DNA of 64,000 nucleotides, from IMG/VR virus record IMGVR_UViG_3300025133_000020; one strand, given 5' to 3'. The notes beneath the pieces are model-generated. The model saw nothing but the letters and a program-made list of their open reading frames with translations, was not told the origin of the DNA and made no database searches. Position 1 is the first letter of the stretch. The number at the start of each line of letters is the position of its first letter. The translations under genes were made by a program, and so were the position numbers. The DNA is from a virus (lineage: Duplodnaviria; Caudoviricetes). Positions 46,901-56,021 of the stretch are shown piece by piece.

Positions 46901-49900
46901 AAAGATGATGTTGTCGATTTGGCTAAAGCGTATCTATTTGTTAATACCTTCCCATTAGCTGGTACAAAAAATAATGACGAAGAAGTAAGGCACCAACCAT
47001 TGGATACCATTTTTGGTGATTCACATGAGGATATGGACACTATAAACGCTTTATTCTCAAGTAACGCTGGATTCATTAAATCACCAACACTGTGGTGTTA
47101 TTGGATGGGTAGTGTTCTGTGGAGACGTAGATATTTTGAGGTTAATGGTGTAGACCCGATAGTTACATCAGGTGTAAGCAGCAACCAAAGTATTAATCTT
47201 ATACCTTTGGTTACAACGTACCCTAAAACCGATGAATTATTCTTCGCCATAACTAGTTTAAATACGGATAAAAGAACTCCTATGTTATTAGCTGGAGATT
47301 CCCCTTCTTCACAAGAAGCGGCTATATATGAAAAGGTTGATAGTACGGTGTTAAAATTACCTGAACAAGTTAAGGATGAGTTTATAAACTTATTTACGAA
47401 TTGGGTTGAAAAAGAGTTTAAAGAGTTGACTGAAAATCTTGAAATGTCAGCAGGTATTGGTGTAACAAAGGTATCTGACGGGGTTGCTAACATAACCAAC
47501 TGGGAAACAATTTTAACATTTAATTATCAGACTTATTCTGGTGATACTGAAGGTGTGATACCACAAACTGAGTTAACCTCTACGGAAAGGAAAAATTACA
47601 GCGAGGTTGTGGTAGCGGCAGCTACATATACTGGTAACCCCGTAATATACAAACCATATTTCTATCAGCTAACCAACGGGTTCAACACCAAAGCCAACAA
47701 ATATCTTGTTCAATTAATGTTACAAGAATCTGTGATAGCAAATTATAGTCCTAATACGTTCAGGAAAAGCGAATTAGGTTACACTAATGCTAATATTAGG
47801 ATACCTACAAGTACTGTTGATACTTACTTGGATGTGTTATGGGAAGAGTATAAGAAATTATACAAGGAGAACGAGGAATCCATCAAAGATAAAAAGAAAA
47901 CTAAGGATGCGATATTCAAATCGGTGGATAACGATGTTATCCTATTGAATATTTATAGATACTTATCATCATTGAATAACAAGTGGGTAGGTGAGTATAC
48001 TCCTGACGATAATAGGTTATTCTTTCCATGTACCCCACAATCGTCAAATGATGATGTTATAGCGGAAGGTGAGAATAGAACTAGAACCAGATTAATTGAT
48101 TCTTTTAGGTTCCTAAATAAGTCATTTACCAGCATTGGAGACGAGTTCCTTATTAACCCTAGAATTATCTATGATATGATTACCAGTAACTATAATCAAA
48201 GCTTCTTCGATTATATCAATAGAATATTAGCGGATAACAATTTTAATTTCATTCCGTTACCATCATACGTTGACTTTAAAGATGGGGCATCGGTTGCGGA
48301 GATATTTGAACCTATACCATTTAATCAAGTAGTATCCAACATTGGTCCTACCTTCTTATGTGTATACATTGGTCAACCGTCAACACATTTGGATTTAGGT
48401 AAAGCGTCAGCATATGCTGACGATGGGTTAGATTTAAGATGTGAACAAGCTAGAAAGAGTGGTGATTGGACTATAGAGCCAGATTTGGCGAAGGGTGAGA
48501 AATATGTGCCAGTATTTGAGGTTAATTACGCACAACAAAACCAAAGCTACTTCAAGAATATTAAGTTAGACCAAAGAGAGTTTACGGAAACTGAAGAATC
48601 ATTGGTAATCATTGATGAGTTGAGTAAGTCTGGGGATAAGAATAAAGCGGCTTCCGTGGGGCAAAACTTATTCAATATTTATCAGACTAGAGCTTATAGT
48701 GCTGAGGTTGAGGCGATGGGTATGCCGTTAATACAACCTATGATGTACTTCCAACTTAATAATATCCCTATGTTCCATGGAGCGTACATGATTATTAAGA
48801 CATCACATCATATCACACCTAACCATATGGATAGTAAATTCACAGGTATTAGAATACGTGATGTTAATACGCCACTATACAAATCGTCATTCCAAATAAT
48901 GAGTTTGATTAGTGATGCTGAAACATGTGATACGAAGTTAAAATACAAGATAAAAGGGGAAGAACAGTATGAGGATGTAGTTAAGGATGATAAAGTTACG
49001 CCTGACCCTACACCTATTGTAGATATGGATGGTGTTAGTGACTATTATAAGCATGGTTATACTGTTGGATATAACTTTAAGCTTTCTGATTATGATGCTC
49101 AATCTAACACTAAGAAAAATGGTGTATATATGACTTATAATGAAATCATTAATGAGGTTAATGATATAACCAACGTACCGATAAACACGTTAAAACTGAT
49201 GATGCTATGTGAGTCCACTATTGGCACCAATAAGGATGGTAAGGGTAATAAAACAACCACATTTACTTACGAAGGTTCCAGTGTAACGCTACCAAAAGAT
49301 ATGAATGGTGGTGGTTATGTTGGGTTGATGCAATTCGGTAAATTAGCAACCTTAGATGTTAGGAGTAACGTACAAGATGCGGTGTTCATACCAAATAATG
49401 GTTTAGAATTTTATGCCAATACTGATGCGGCAAATAATAAGATAATCTTCCCAAGTGACTGGAACGGGAATTCAAGTACGAATAATAAATTCACTAACTC
49501 ATTATTCGATGATTATATCAATGTAATGGCTGGTGCTTATTATGCTATTCAGAACATGGGTATAACTCCAGAAAAGATAACCAACACCAAGGATGTATAC
49601 TTATCCCACCAACAAGGTAGAGGCGGATTAAACACTATTAAAAAGAACCCTTTAGACCAAGTAGACGAAAACAGTGGTAGGATACCAACTAACATGAAGG
49701 GTAATAAACCACCACTTAAAGATGTAAGCGAATTAACTAACGGTACCTTAACCAATGGTGATTGGTATGCAGCTTGGGCAGGTAGAATAGATTCAGCAGC
49801 AGTAGAGTTGGATAATAATTACGTTTCCAATGTGAATGATAAGTACCCTAATGCCAATAAATTCAGAAGGGTACTGAATCAATTGGGTTATAGTGAGAAG

Positions 49901-50428
49901 GGTAGTAGCTTAACAGAAGCTGGCGATATTAGTGAGAATATAGAAAAGGTAGCTTCATCTGTGATGAAGAAAATCAAAGAGTTACACCCTAATTTGGTAA
50001 TTATCGTTACCGCAGGTAACGATAATCTACACTCTAATAGTCAGTACAGTAGACATGCTGCTCACCCACCAACTACTACTAAAGGTAACGCTATTGACTT
50101 TACTGTTATGAACAGTAATGGTACTAAGATAGTAGCTATAAATTCACCATACAGGAAACTACAGACTACTCAACCACCATTAGAAAACGAGTATAATTCG
50201 GATGATAGAATTAAGTTAACACAAGTCTTAAAAATTCTACAAGGATTTACAGCAGGTGGTATACCAGATGTTGGTTATTTGGATGAATATACTTTAGGTA
50301 GTGAAACAGCGACAGGACCCCACTTCCACTTATCATACTTTAAGGGTGGTGGTTCTGAAGGTGTAGAGGAAAGAGAAGAAGCCTACGCTTTAGCTGATAC
50401 AAACGATATTACTGAATATACTGTATAA
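43898..50428 (+). CDS. Giant baseplate hub/spike protein with SLT-like transglycosylase and M15 peptidase domains
   Basis: Hub-like N-terminus (GMTDIQIEFDTSYTP.IKIKFVDIRG); LCES...GLMQFG at ~49170-49650; SRH...AIDF...GPHFHLSY at ~49900-50345. Confidence 0.7.
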   Translation: MVKKIQNVPPECGRILYHDPNPAGSTIVPLENLSIDVNLEVSKKSRSIITSGNDSTFSSSSSGTNGKISFLDGSPYGSEGKRALTTSYTNIGTTFNTSGDADMEGFGMTDIQIEFDTSYTPMIKIKFVDIRGGMLSRQSTAPDLNRYNLFFDLPYPMFSLTVNGYYGKAVTYCLHLIRWNASFNTETGNFEIDAEFIGYTYAILTDMLMGYLKAVPKTAIGSIKYKKLADEYKDSGIPVYTIDEMLYNISKLNDNLNEFKSTNEDYGKIVAIGESIAVVKEMKEAIENLFFRISINREKLAGDDTYQVYSEDLQYRDLGPPVSTDAVLTEEDVNNLKANNEATKKQSDSIREVDKIIDDYNVTIEDLVDKLLAIKNSGNPDPELFKIIHTFPISYDDISNEPTSGSTSAKEPLDVFLKNDKYVDPTERKRANEIRVKMLNKIRTIKSKEDLTYQVLDAYRAVLEINRLIDFYCDEQKRLEASLSEKVRKFVDDGLEFKPTIKSLVRTLTMHCEVLLETIMEVSHKAEGSDIRRTELIEKLGIENLDVKVPPKPAKTKDNKGTDAPIYPFPMYNDENGDEKWIGDEVEKGTVDEVDFTIDLLDALIQSKEFDIKLEALTNSGKVDWFALTPLDTKGRLLGGLALNPYKNPEPIHPDETMRILMYRMFLYLGVGNTKVDDELLTYIAKFEAHNLFDGVNTKTGEMRKLLNASYNSGSDIITHFLKGSDNIKNRNGYNSAQAYMFGSDGDYVYSYITETASVIDRRAYIPVSDGWSGERFYNGNELKNENDLALLGAGDNRLTFIGNYINGTTGTTKPYDGAQYLKILGANNYSTTPFTKPTTLTPKLYKSYTEKYTPVTIRPTQNSIVNSLEDDKAIKNLNPISGKFGTTEFFEINADNSISGDGNISELTKLSNGNTKTTPLFYVDCNRGSILGSGSKAKTIEGLTRIGENKALVNEGILGSPKELVVPRVELGWVDRTVGSQNVVYASLFGVPLYYAQIAAKDDVVDLAKAYLFVNTFPLAGTKNNDEEVRHQPLDTIFGDSHEDMDTINALFSSNAGFIKSPTLWCYWMGSVLWRRRYFEVNGVDPIVTSGVSSNQSINLIPLVTTYPKTDELFFAITSLNTDKRTPMLLAGDSPSSQEAAIYEKVDSTVLKLPEQVKDEFINLFTNWVEKEFKELTENLEMSAGIGVTKVSDGVANITNWETILTFNYQTYSGDTEGVIPQTELTSTERKNYSEVVVAAATYTGNPVIYKPYFYQLTNGFNTKANKYLVQLMLQESVIANYSPNTFRKSELGYTNANIRIPTSTVDTYLDVLWEEYKKLYKENEESIKDKKKTKDAIFKSVDNDVILLNIYRYLSSLNNKWVGEYTPDDNRLFFPCTPQSSNDDVIAEGENRTRTRLIDSFRFLNKSFTSIGDEFLINPRIIYDMITSNYNQSFFDYINRILADNNFNFIPLPSYVDFKDGASVAEIFEPIPFNQVVSNIGPTFLCVYIGQPSTHLDLGKASAYADDGLDLRCEQARKSGDWTIEPDLAKGEKYVPVFEVNYAQQNQSYFKNIKLDQREFTETEESLVIIDELSKSGDKNKAASVGQNLFNIYQTRAYSAEVEAMGMPLIQPMMYFQLNNIPMFHGAYMIIKTSHHITPNHMDSKFTGIRIRDVNTPLYKSSFQIMSLISDAETCDTKLKYKIKGEEQYEDVVKDDKVTPDPTPIVDMDGVSDYYKHGYTVGYNFKLSDYDAQSNTKKNGVYMTYNEIINEVNDITNVPINTLKLMMLCESTIGTNKDGKGNKTTTFTYEGSSVTLPKDMNGGGYVGLMQFGKLATLDVRSNVQDAVFIPNNGLEFYANTDAANNKIIFPSDWNGNSSTNNKFTNSLFDDYINVMAGAYYAIQNMGITPEKITNTKDVYLSHQQGRGGLNTIKKNPLDQVDENSGRIPTNMKGNKPPLKDVSELTNGTLTNGDWYAAWAGRIDSAAVELDNNYVSNVNDKYPNANKFRRVLNQLGYSEKGSSLTEAGDISENIEKVASSVMKKIKELHPNLVIIVTAGNDNLHSNSQYSRHAAHPPTTTKGNAIDFTVMNSNGTKIVAINSPYRKLQTTQPPLENEYNSDDRIKLTQVLKILQGFTAGGIPDVGYLDEYTLGSETATGPHFHLSYFKGGGSEGVEEREEAYALADTNDITEYTV

Positions 50429-50431
50429 GGG

Positions 50432-50462
50432 TTGAAACTCTCAGGTTAATTCTATATATTCG
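50432..50462 (+). promoter_or_regulatory. Host-RNAP-type promoter, probably giving a leaderless mRNA
   Basis: TTGAAA-N17-TATATTCG, ending 4 nt before ATG 50467. Confidence 0.65.
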
Positions 50463-50466
50463 TAGA

Positions 50467-51090
50467 ATGATACTTGGGAGAATCATATCTGATACTGAAA
50501 TCGAGGTGGGAGACCACTTCGAATGTGTTACTGATGCTACTGATGCGACCATGGAACCAACAATTCCTACCATATACATTGGGATGACCAAGACCAATGA
50601 GTTACTTGATGGTAGGTTTGATATTGATTTAGACATATTGACCAGACGAATAAGTGATACTGAATTCTGGACGTTCACCAGAAAGGAACAACGAACTATT
50701 CACGCTAATGACCTTATGGACTTCAAAACCTACTGTTTCAATAGGTTGGTTGAGAACGTTAAATACGAGTTTATTGACCCATTACTATTATCGGATGAGG
50801 AACACACCAGAGCCTTTAGTAAGATTAAAGATTTCGGCATTAAGGTGACCTATATTGCTGGTGATATGGTTTACATCTACAATGGATTGGTAACATATGG
50901 TATTAATTTGATGTTCTACCAATACATGGGTGCCGATAGAACCAAACTATTAAAGAGAATTGAGAGGATTTCTTCAGTCGTTCTTGACACGGAGAAGATA
51001 CTTATAGAATATAACGATTTTATGGAAGAGTACAACAATGATAAGATGTACATTCCGTATCTATATTCTATAATTAACGATGCCCCTTAG
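50467..51090 (+). CDS. Hypothetical protein
   Basis: 207 aa ORF immediately after a promoter. Confidence 0.8.
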   Translation: MILGRIISDTEIEVGDHFECVTDATDATMEPTIPTIYIGMTKTNELLDGRFDIDLDILTRRISDTEFWTFTRKEQRTIHANDLMDFKTYCFNRLVENVKYEFIDPLLLSDEEHTRAFSKIKDFGIKVTYIAGDMVYIYNGLVTYGINLMFYQYMGADRTKLLKRIERISSVVLDTEKILIEYNDFMEEYNNDKMYIPYLYSIINDAP

Positions 51091-51484
51091 ACACATACTT
51101 TTAGCTTCATTTATAGCCTCAGATAGGGCAGAATGGTACTATGGGTATATGGAAGGGAAGCACGATATCAAAGCACGAGAGATTTTCAAGTATCGACAGA
51201 TAGAAGACCCAGATACCTTTATCTTTACCTTCAGATTCACGATTGATACCAACGATAATCTCAACTTCGGTAAGATGTTTCCAAACGCTATGTTGATTCA
51301 TAAAAAGGGTGATGCGTTATATACTATTAATGGACTCAATTTATTGATAGATGAGGAAAATGTTGACGGTATCGGAAACCTTAATCACAGTGATATTAAG
51401 ATAGATTGGTCTAAGTATCAGAACCGAATGATACTGGCAGATGGAGAAAATCTAGCTATAAATGAGATAGAACGCATATTTTAG
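51080..51484 (+). CDS. Hypothetical protein
   Basis: 134 aa; overlaps the upstream gene by 11 nt. Confidence 0.75.
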   Translation: MPLRHILLASFIASDRAEWYYGYMEGKHDIKAREIFKYRQIEDPDTFIFTFRFTIDTNDNLNFGKMFPNAMLIHKKGDALYTINGLNLLIDEENVDGIGNLNHSDIKIDWSKYQNRMILADGENLAINEIERIF

Positions 51485-51535
51485 CTAAGTTTCTGATATT
51501 TATTACTATATAACACGAACAAAAAATAGATTATC

Positions 51536-51718
51536 ATGAAAGATGAACTAATAAATAAAGACCTAGACAAGAAGCTTGACGACTTCTTAGGAGAGGATAA
51601 GGAAAATGAAACCATCGAATGTAAAGACGATGTGTGCATTATCAAGAACGATAAGAGTATCGTTGAAAGAGAACACAAGAAAGTAATTACCCAAGATGGG
51701 AGACAACTATTAATGTAA
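51536..51718 (+). CDS. Small hypothetical late protein
   Basis: 60 aa; GATATTTATTACTA at 51495. Confidence 0.7.
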   Translation: MKDELINKDLDKKLDDFLGEDKENETIECKDDVCIIKNDKSIVEREHKKVITQDGRQLLM

Positions 51719-51726
51719 TCAAACCG

Positions 51727-52479
51727 ATGACTGAGAAAAAAGACTTAGAGAAATTACTTAAGGAAGAAGCGAAGCGAATGGTAAATATCGTTGAGTATAC
51801 ATTCCATGGTATTGTTGATGAAGATGACGAAGAGCCAGCCGACATGGAAGGTGAACCAGAACTTGATGGTGGTGAAGATTTAGGTGGTGAAGAAGGTACA
51901 GGAGATGAAGAGCTTGATGGTGAAATCGGTGACTTAGAAGATGAGTTAGGTTTGGGAGACGAGCCAGCACCAGAGGATGATTTTGGTGGTGAGGAACCAG
52001 CAATGGATGAACCAGATATTAGTATGGATGAACCAGTCGAAGATGAGGTTGAATTGGATGTAACGGAATTGGTTACCAGTACTGAAGAAGCTAAAGAATC
52101 ATCTGACGCAGCAAACGCTAAATTGGAAGACCTTATTAACGGTTTTGCCCAACTACAGGGTCAATTAGGTGCTATGCAACAAACTAGCGCTAAGATTGAT
52201 GAGCTTGGTAATAAAGTAACCGAATTGGAACACGATATCGAAAGACGTAACCCAACTCCAGAGGAACAAATTGAAATGCGTTCACTTGATTCATATCCAT
52301 ATAACCTTAAACTTACAGATTACTGGTCTGACAAAGAAGATAAATTGGACATTCCTTCATCTGAACAAGATGGTGGGACAAAAGAATATACATTGACCAA
52401 ACAAGACGTTGATGACTATTCACCGTCAGATATCAAAAAAAGTTTTAACCAATTTGATGAAGACGAGGTGGATTACTAA
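51727..52479 (+). CDS. Highly acidic coiled-coil protein (scaffold/core-like)
   Basis: D/E/G/P-rich tract followed by a heptad region; role inferred. Confidence 0.55.
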   Translation: MTEKKDLEKLLKEEAKRMVNIVEYTFHGIVDEDDEEPADMEGEPELDGGEDLGGEEGTGDEELDGEIGDLEDELGLGDEPAPEDDFGGEEPAMDEPDISMDEPVEDEVELDVTELVTSTEEAKESSDAANAKLEDLINGFAQLQGQLGAMQQTSAKIDELGNKVTELEHDIERRNPTPEEQIEMRSLDSYPYNLKLTDYWSDKEDKLDIPSSEQDGGTKEYTLTKQDVDDYSPSDIKKSFNQFDEDEVDY

Positions 52480-52502
52480 GTAATCAGCATAACATAGCAT
52501 AG

Positions 52503-52532
52503 AAAAAAAAAGTGAGATTTTCTCACTTTTTT
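52503..52532. terminator. Bidirectional intrinsic terminator
   Basis: A9-gtgaga-ttt-tctcac-T6. Confidence 0.8.
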
Positions 52533-52543
52533 CGTTTTAGGGG

Positions 52544-52574
52544 TTGACAAGTCGGAAATTTAGTAGTATATTTG
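52544..52574 (+). promoter_or_regulatory. Host-RNAP-type promoter of ssb
   Basis: TTGACA-N17-TATATTTG, an exact TAnnTTTG box; a TATTTAT motif also occurs at 52669. Confidence 0.75.
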
Positions 52575-52678
52575 TATCAGTTAATCCAACAACAATTATG
52601 ATGGATTTCGACAAGAAAAAAAGGTTAAAAAAGTGACGACTTTTAGGTCTTTTTGGGTGGTAGAATGATATTTATATA

Positions 52679-52688
52679 TGTTCGAACA
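52679..52688. promoter_or_regulatory. Palindromic operator candidate TGTTCGAACA
   Basis: Identical to 17924-17933; both are followed by A-N2-3-ATTAACAA. Confidence 0.5.
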
Positions 52689-52744
52689 AAGATTAACAAA
52701 ACAACTAACAAAGTAACAAATTAAACAAAAACAATTAAACAACA

Positions 52745-53722
52745 ATGAGTAATTTAGATGCAATTTTAAACCAGTACGAGAAGTCTACCGCACAGAACAC
52801 GAATTCAGGCGGCAAAACGTTCAACTTAAACAACTACTTCACAACATTCCTACAAAAAGGGGTTAACACAGCCACAAGAACTATCCGATTATTGCCATCA
52901 GCTACGGAAGGTGAATCACCTTTTATTGAGATGTATGGACACAACTATCAGCTTGCTGATGGGAGTTGGAAAACGTTCGCATGTTTGAAGCATGAGAATG
53001 ATGAGGATTGTCCATTTTGTGATACCAGAGCAGGGTTACTTGCAGATGGTACAGAAGACGCTAAGGAAGCAGCGAAAAAGTTCCGACCAAGAAAATTTTA
53101 CATCTGCAAGGTTATTGACCGAGAGAATGAAGACCATGGGGTTAAGTTCTGGAGATTCCGTGACAACTGGCAGAAGCAAGGTACGCTTGACAAGATTGTT
53201 AACGTAATGAAGCTTGTAGAAGGTGACATGTCTGATGCTACGGCAGAGCATGGTCAAGACTTGGTAATCGATATCGCAAGAAATTCTAACCAAGTACCTA
53301 TCGTACAATCAATCCTACCTGCAAACGGTAAGAGTAGATTGTCTGAGGATGCGGCTCTTGAAAAAGAGTGGTTGGATGATAAGTCCGTATGGAAAGAAGT
53401 TTATAGCGTAAAGCCATATGCTTATCTTGAAATCGTAATCAAAGGTGGAATCCCTACTTACGACAAAGTAAACGAGTGCTGGGTTGATAAAGACACCCTA
53501 GAAGCGGATACCACTAAGGCTCCGAGCACTTCTGAGAGTTTAGATAGCGAATTAGCAGTGGGTAACGCTAATACAGGTTTAGTAGCCGAAACAACAACCC
53601 CAGTTGCAGAAACACCTGTGAAGACTGAAGCAATAGCTGAAGTTCCAGCAAGTGAGCCAGAGTTGGCGACTGCAACCACAACAACTACTACTGACGATGA
53701 GGATGACGACATGCCATTCTAA
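52745..53722 (+). CDS. ssb: Single-stranded DNA-binding protein (T4 gp32-like)
   Basis: RLLP...PF....H...C...EDCPFC Zn site; YICKVIDR...GVKFWRF; acidic tail DDEDDDMPF. Confidence 0.85.
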   Translation: MSNLDAILNQYEKSTAQNTNSGGKTFNLNNYFTTFLQKGVNTATRTIRLLPSATEGESPFIEMYGHNYQLADGSWKTFACLKHENDEDCPFCDTRAGLLADGTEDAKEAAKKFRPRKFYICKVIDRENEDHGVKFWRFRDNWQKQGTLDKIVNVMKLVEGDMSDATAEHGQDLVIDIARNSNQVPIVQSILPANGKSRLSEDAALEKEWLDDKSVWKEVYSVKPYAYLEIVIKGGIPTYDKVNECWVDKDTLEADTTKAPSTSESLDSELAVGNANTGLVAETTTPVAETPVKTEAIAEVPASEPELATATTTTTTDDEDDDMPF

Positions 53723-53740
53723 GTAGTAACAACAAGGATG

Positions 53741-53772
53741 AAAAGAAAGTGGCTTCGTGCCACTTCTTTTTT
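53741..53772 (+). terminator. Intrinsic terminator after ssb
   Basis: aagtggc-ttcgt-gccactt plus T-run. Confidence 0.75.
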
Positions 53773-53809
53773 ACCCTATTTATAATAACGACAAACAAAC
53801 ACAACAACA

Positions 53810-54925
53810 ATGGCAAAACGACCAAAGAAAAATAGCGGGTCAGGAAATACCGCTAACCAAACCTTCGATTTAGATGCGTTTTTAGCTGATGAGAATATAT
53901 CATCAGAACCTCAAGATAAAGACCTTACATGGGTACCACTATCAAAAGCGTGGCACGATGCTATTAAACTTCCTGGATTTCCAAGAGGTTATGTTAGTTT
54001 AGTAAGGGGTTATTCCAACACAGGTAAATCAACCGCTTTCTATGAAGCCATTTCTGGCGCACAGAAGATTGGTGATATTCCAGTAGTGATGGAAACTGAA
54101 GGTAACTGGAGTTGGGAGCATGCCGAACAATGTGGGGTTCAATTCACAGAGATTGTTAATAAGGATACTGGTGAGATAACCAGAAAACCAAAAGGTTTCA
54201 TCTTAATGCGTGGTAAGGACTTCTACGAGAAGTATAAACTATACGACCATAAAGATAGTAAGTGGGCTAAGAAGCCTACACGAAGAGAGCCTGTTATTGA
54301 GGACGTATCATTCTTTATGGGTGAGATGTTAGATAAGCAAGCGGAAGGTAAACTTCCACACAACCTATGTTTCCTATGGGATTCAATAGGTACACTGAAC
54401 TGTTATAAGTCAGCCACATCCAATACCAGTAACAACATGTGGAATGCTGGTGCCATGGGTGTATTCCAATCATTGGTTAACTATAAGATTCCTTCAAGTA
54501 GGGATATTACTTCACCATTCACTAATACATTTATCTCCGTACAGAAGATTTGGTTGGATAGTATGAACGGTACTGTTATACGACATAGAGGTGGTGACTT
54601 CATGTTCTATAATTCAAGACTGATTGTACACTTGGGTGGAATCCTTACACACGGTACGCATAAATTGCATGCTGAGTCGCTAGGTCAAAAGTTCCAATAT
54701 GGTACCAGATGTGATATCAAATGTGAGAAGAACCACATTACAGGTATCGAAAGAAAAGGTAAGATTGCCTCAACACCACATGGTTATATAAACCCTGATG
54801 AAGAAGCTCAATATAAAGCTAAACACAGAGCGTTTATTCATGCCGCTATGAACGTACCTTATGATGCTGTAGTTGACTACAGTGAAATAGAAGGTGAGTT
54901 AGAGGCTGAGGACAAAAAAGGATAG
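53810..54925 (+). CDS. recA: RecA/UvsX-like recombinase
   Basis: Walker A GYSNTGKS; METEG; WDSIG; CEKNH; TATTTAT at 53777. Confidence 0.85.
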   Translation: MAKRPKKNSGSGNTANQTFDLDAFLADENISSEPQDKDLTWVPLSKAWHDAIKLPGFPRGYVSLVRGYSNTGKSTAFYEAISGAQKIGDIPVVMETEGNWSWEHAEQCGVQFTEIVNKDTGEITRKPKGFILMRGKDFYEKYKLYDHKDSKWAKKPTRREPVIEDVSFFMGEMLDKQAEGKLPHNLCFLWDSIGTLNCYKSATSNTSNNMWNAGAMGVFQSLVNYKIPSSRDITSPFTNTFISVQKIWLDSMNGTVIRHRGGDFMFYNSRLIVHLGGILTHGTHKLHAESLGQKFQYGTRCDIKCEKNHITGIERKGKIASTPHGYINPDEEAQYKAKHRAFIHAAMNVPYDAVVDYSEIEGELEAEDKKG

Positions 54926-54959
54926 GAAAAAGAGTTATTAACCGCATAATTAAAATGCG

Positions 54960-56021
54960 ATGCCTAAGTTACCACCCAAGAAGGGTGTCCGTATAGACAG
55001 AATTAATACGTTGCTAATCGATGGTAATGCCTTGTTCAAACGAGGTTACCACGGTAGCCATAACGCTTACAATAAAAATCGTGAGCATGTTGGTGGCATC
55101 TATCAATTCGTTACGGTACTTAGAATGTTACTCAAAGAGAACGTATTCCATAGAGTGTACGTTACTTGGGATGGTAGATTCAGTGGTAAATTAAGGTGGG
55201 AATTATACAAGGATTACAAGTCTGGTCGAGGTAAGAATTACATCGAAGGAACAGAGCCAGACGATGTGAACGAGAAGCTTCAACAGTTTAAAGTGAAGCA
55301 ATATCTCTATCACTTATCAATCCGACAAGTTGAAGATAAGGTAGTCGAAGCCGATGACTACATAGCTTATTATACCAACAACAAAGAAGACAATGAGGAC
55401 ATCACTATTTGCACCAGTGATAGAGACCTATGTCAACTAATTAACGAAGACGTTAAGATATGGTTATTGGATAAGAAGGAATATGTTACGCTTGAGAATT
55501 ATAACACATTCTTCGAACATCACCAAAGTAATGTAGCTTTGATAAAGCAAATAGCGGGTGATAATTCCGATAGTATTGTGGGTATTAAGAGGATTAAAGA
55601 GCCTACGTTATTAACCCACTTTCCAATGCTTAAGGAGAAGAAATGTTCGTTATTGGAAATTCTGGAAGAGGCGCTACGAATGCAAGAACTTAGAATTACT
55701 GAAAAGAAGAAGCCGTTAATCGCTCTCACCAACATATTAACTGCCACTACTGATGGTATACAAGGTGATAGGATATACGAAATTAATAGAAAATTGGTCG
55801 ACTTGACAACTCCCTTGATGACCGATTCTAGTGTTCAACATCTGTATGATGTGATTGACACACCACTAAGCACAGACCGTAACCTTAAAGAGGTTTACAA
55901 GATGCTTAAGAGAGATGGGGTTGACGATATGATTCTTGAGTATCGTATGACAGATTACTTCTTACCCTTCAAAAAACTAATAGATAGGGAAAGAAGAATG
56001 AGTAAACAACAAACAGCATGA
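54960..56021 (+). CDS. 5'-3' exonuclease/RNase H (FEN-like)
   Basis: LLIDGNAL, EADDYIA, TSDRDLCQL, AGDNSDSIVGIKRI. Confidence 0.93.
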   Translation: MPKLPPKKGVRIDRINTLLIDGNALFKRGYHGSHNAYNKNREHVGGIYQFVTVLRMLLKENVFHRVYVTWDGRFSGKLRWELYKDYKSGRGKNYIEGTEPDDVNEKLQQFKVKQYLYHLSIRQVEDKVVEADDYIAYYTNNKEDNEDITICTSDRDLCQLINEDVKIWLLDKKEYVTLENYNTFFEHHQSNVALIKQIAGDNSDSIVGIKRIKEPTLLTHFPMLKEKKCSLLEILEEALRMQELRITEKKKPLIALTNILTATTDGIQGDRIYEINRKLVDLTTPLMTDSSVQHLYDVIDTPLSTDRNLKEVYKMLKRDGVDDMILEYRMTDYFLPFKKLIDRERRMSKQQTA

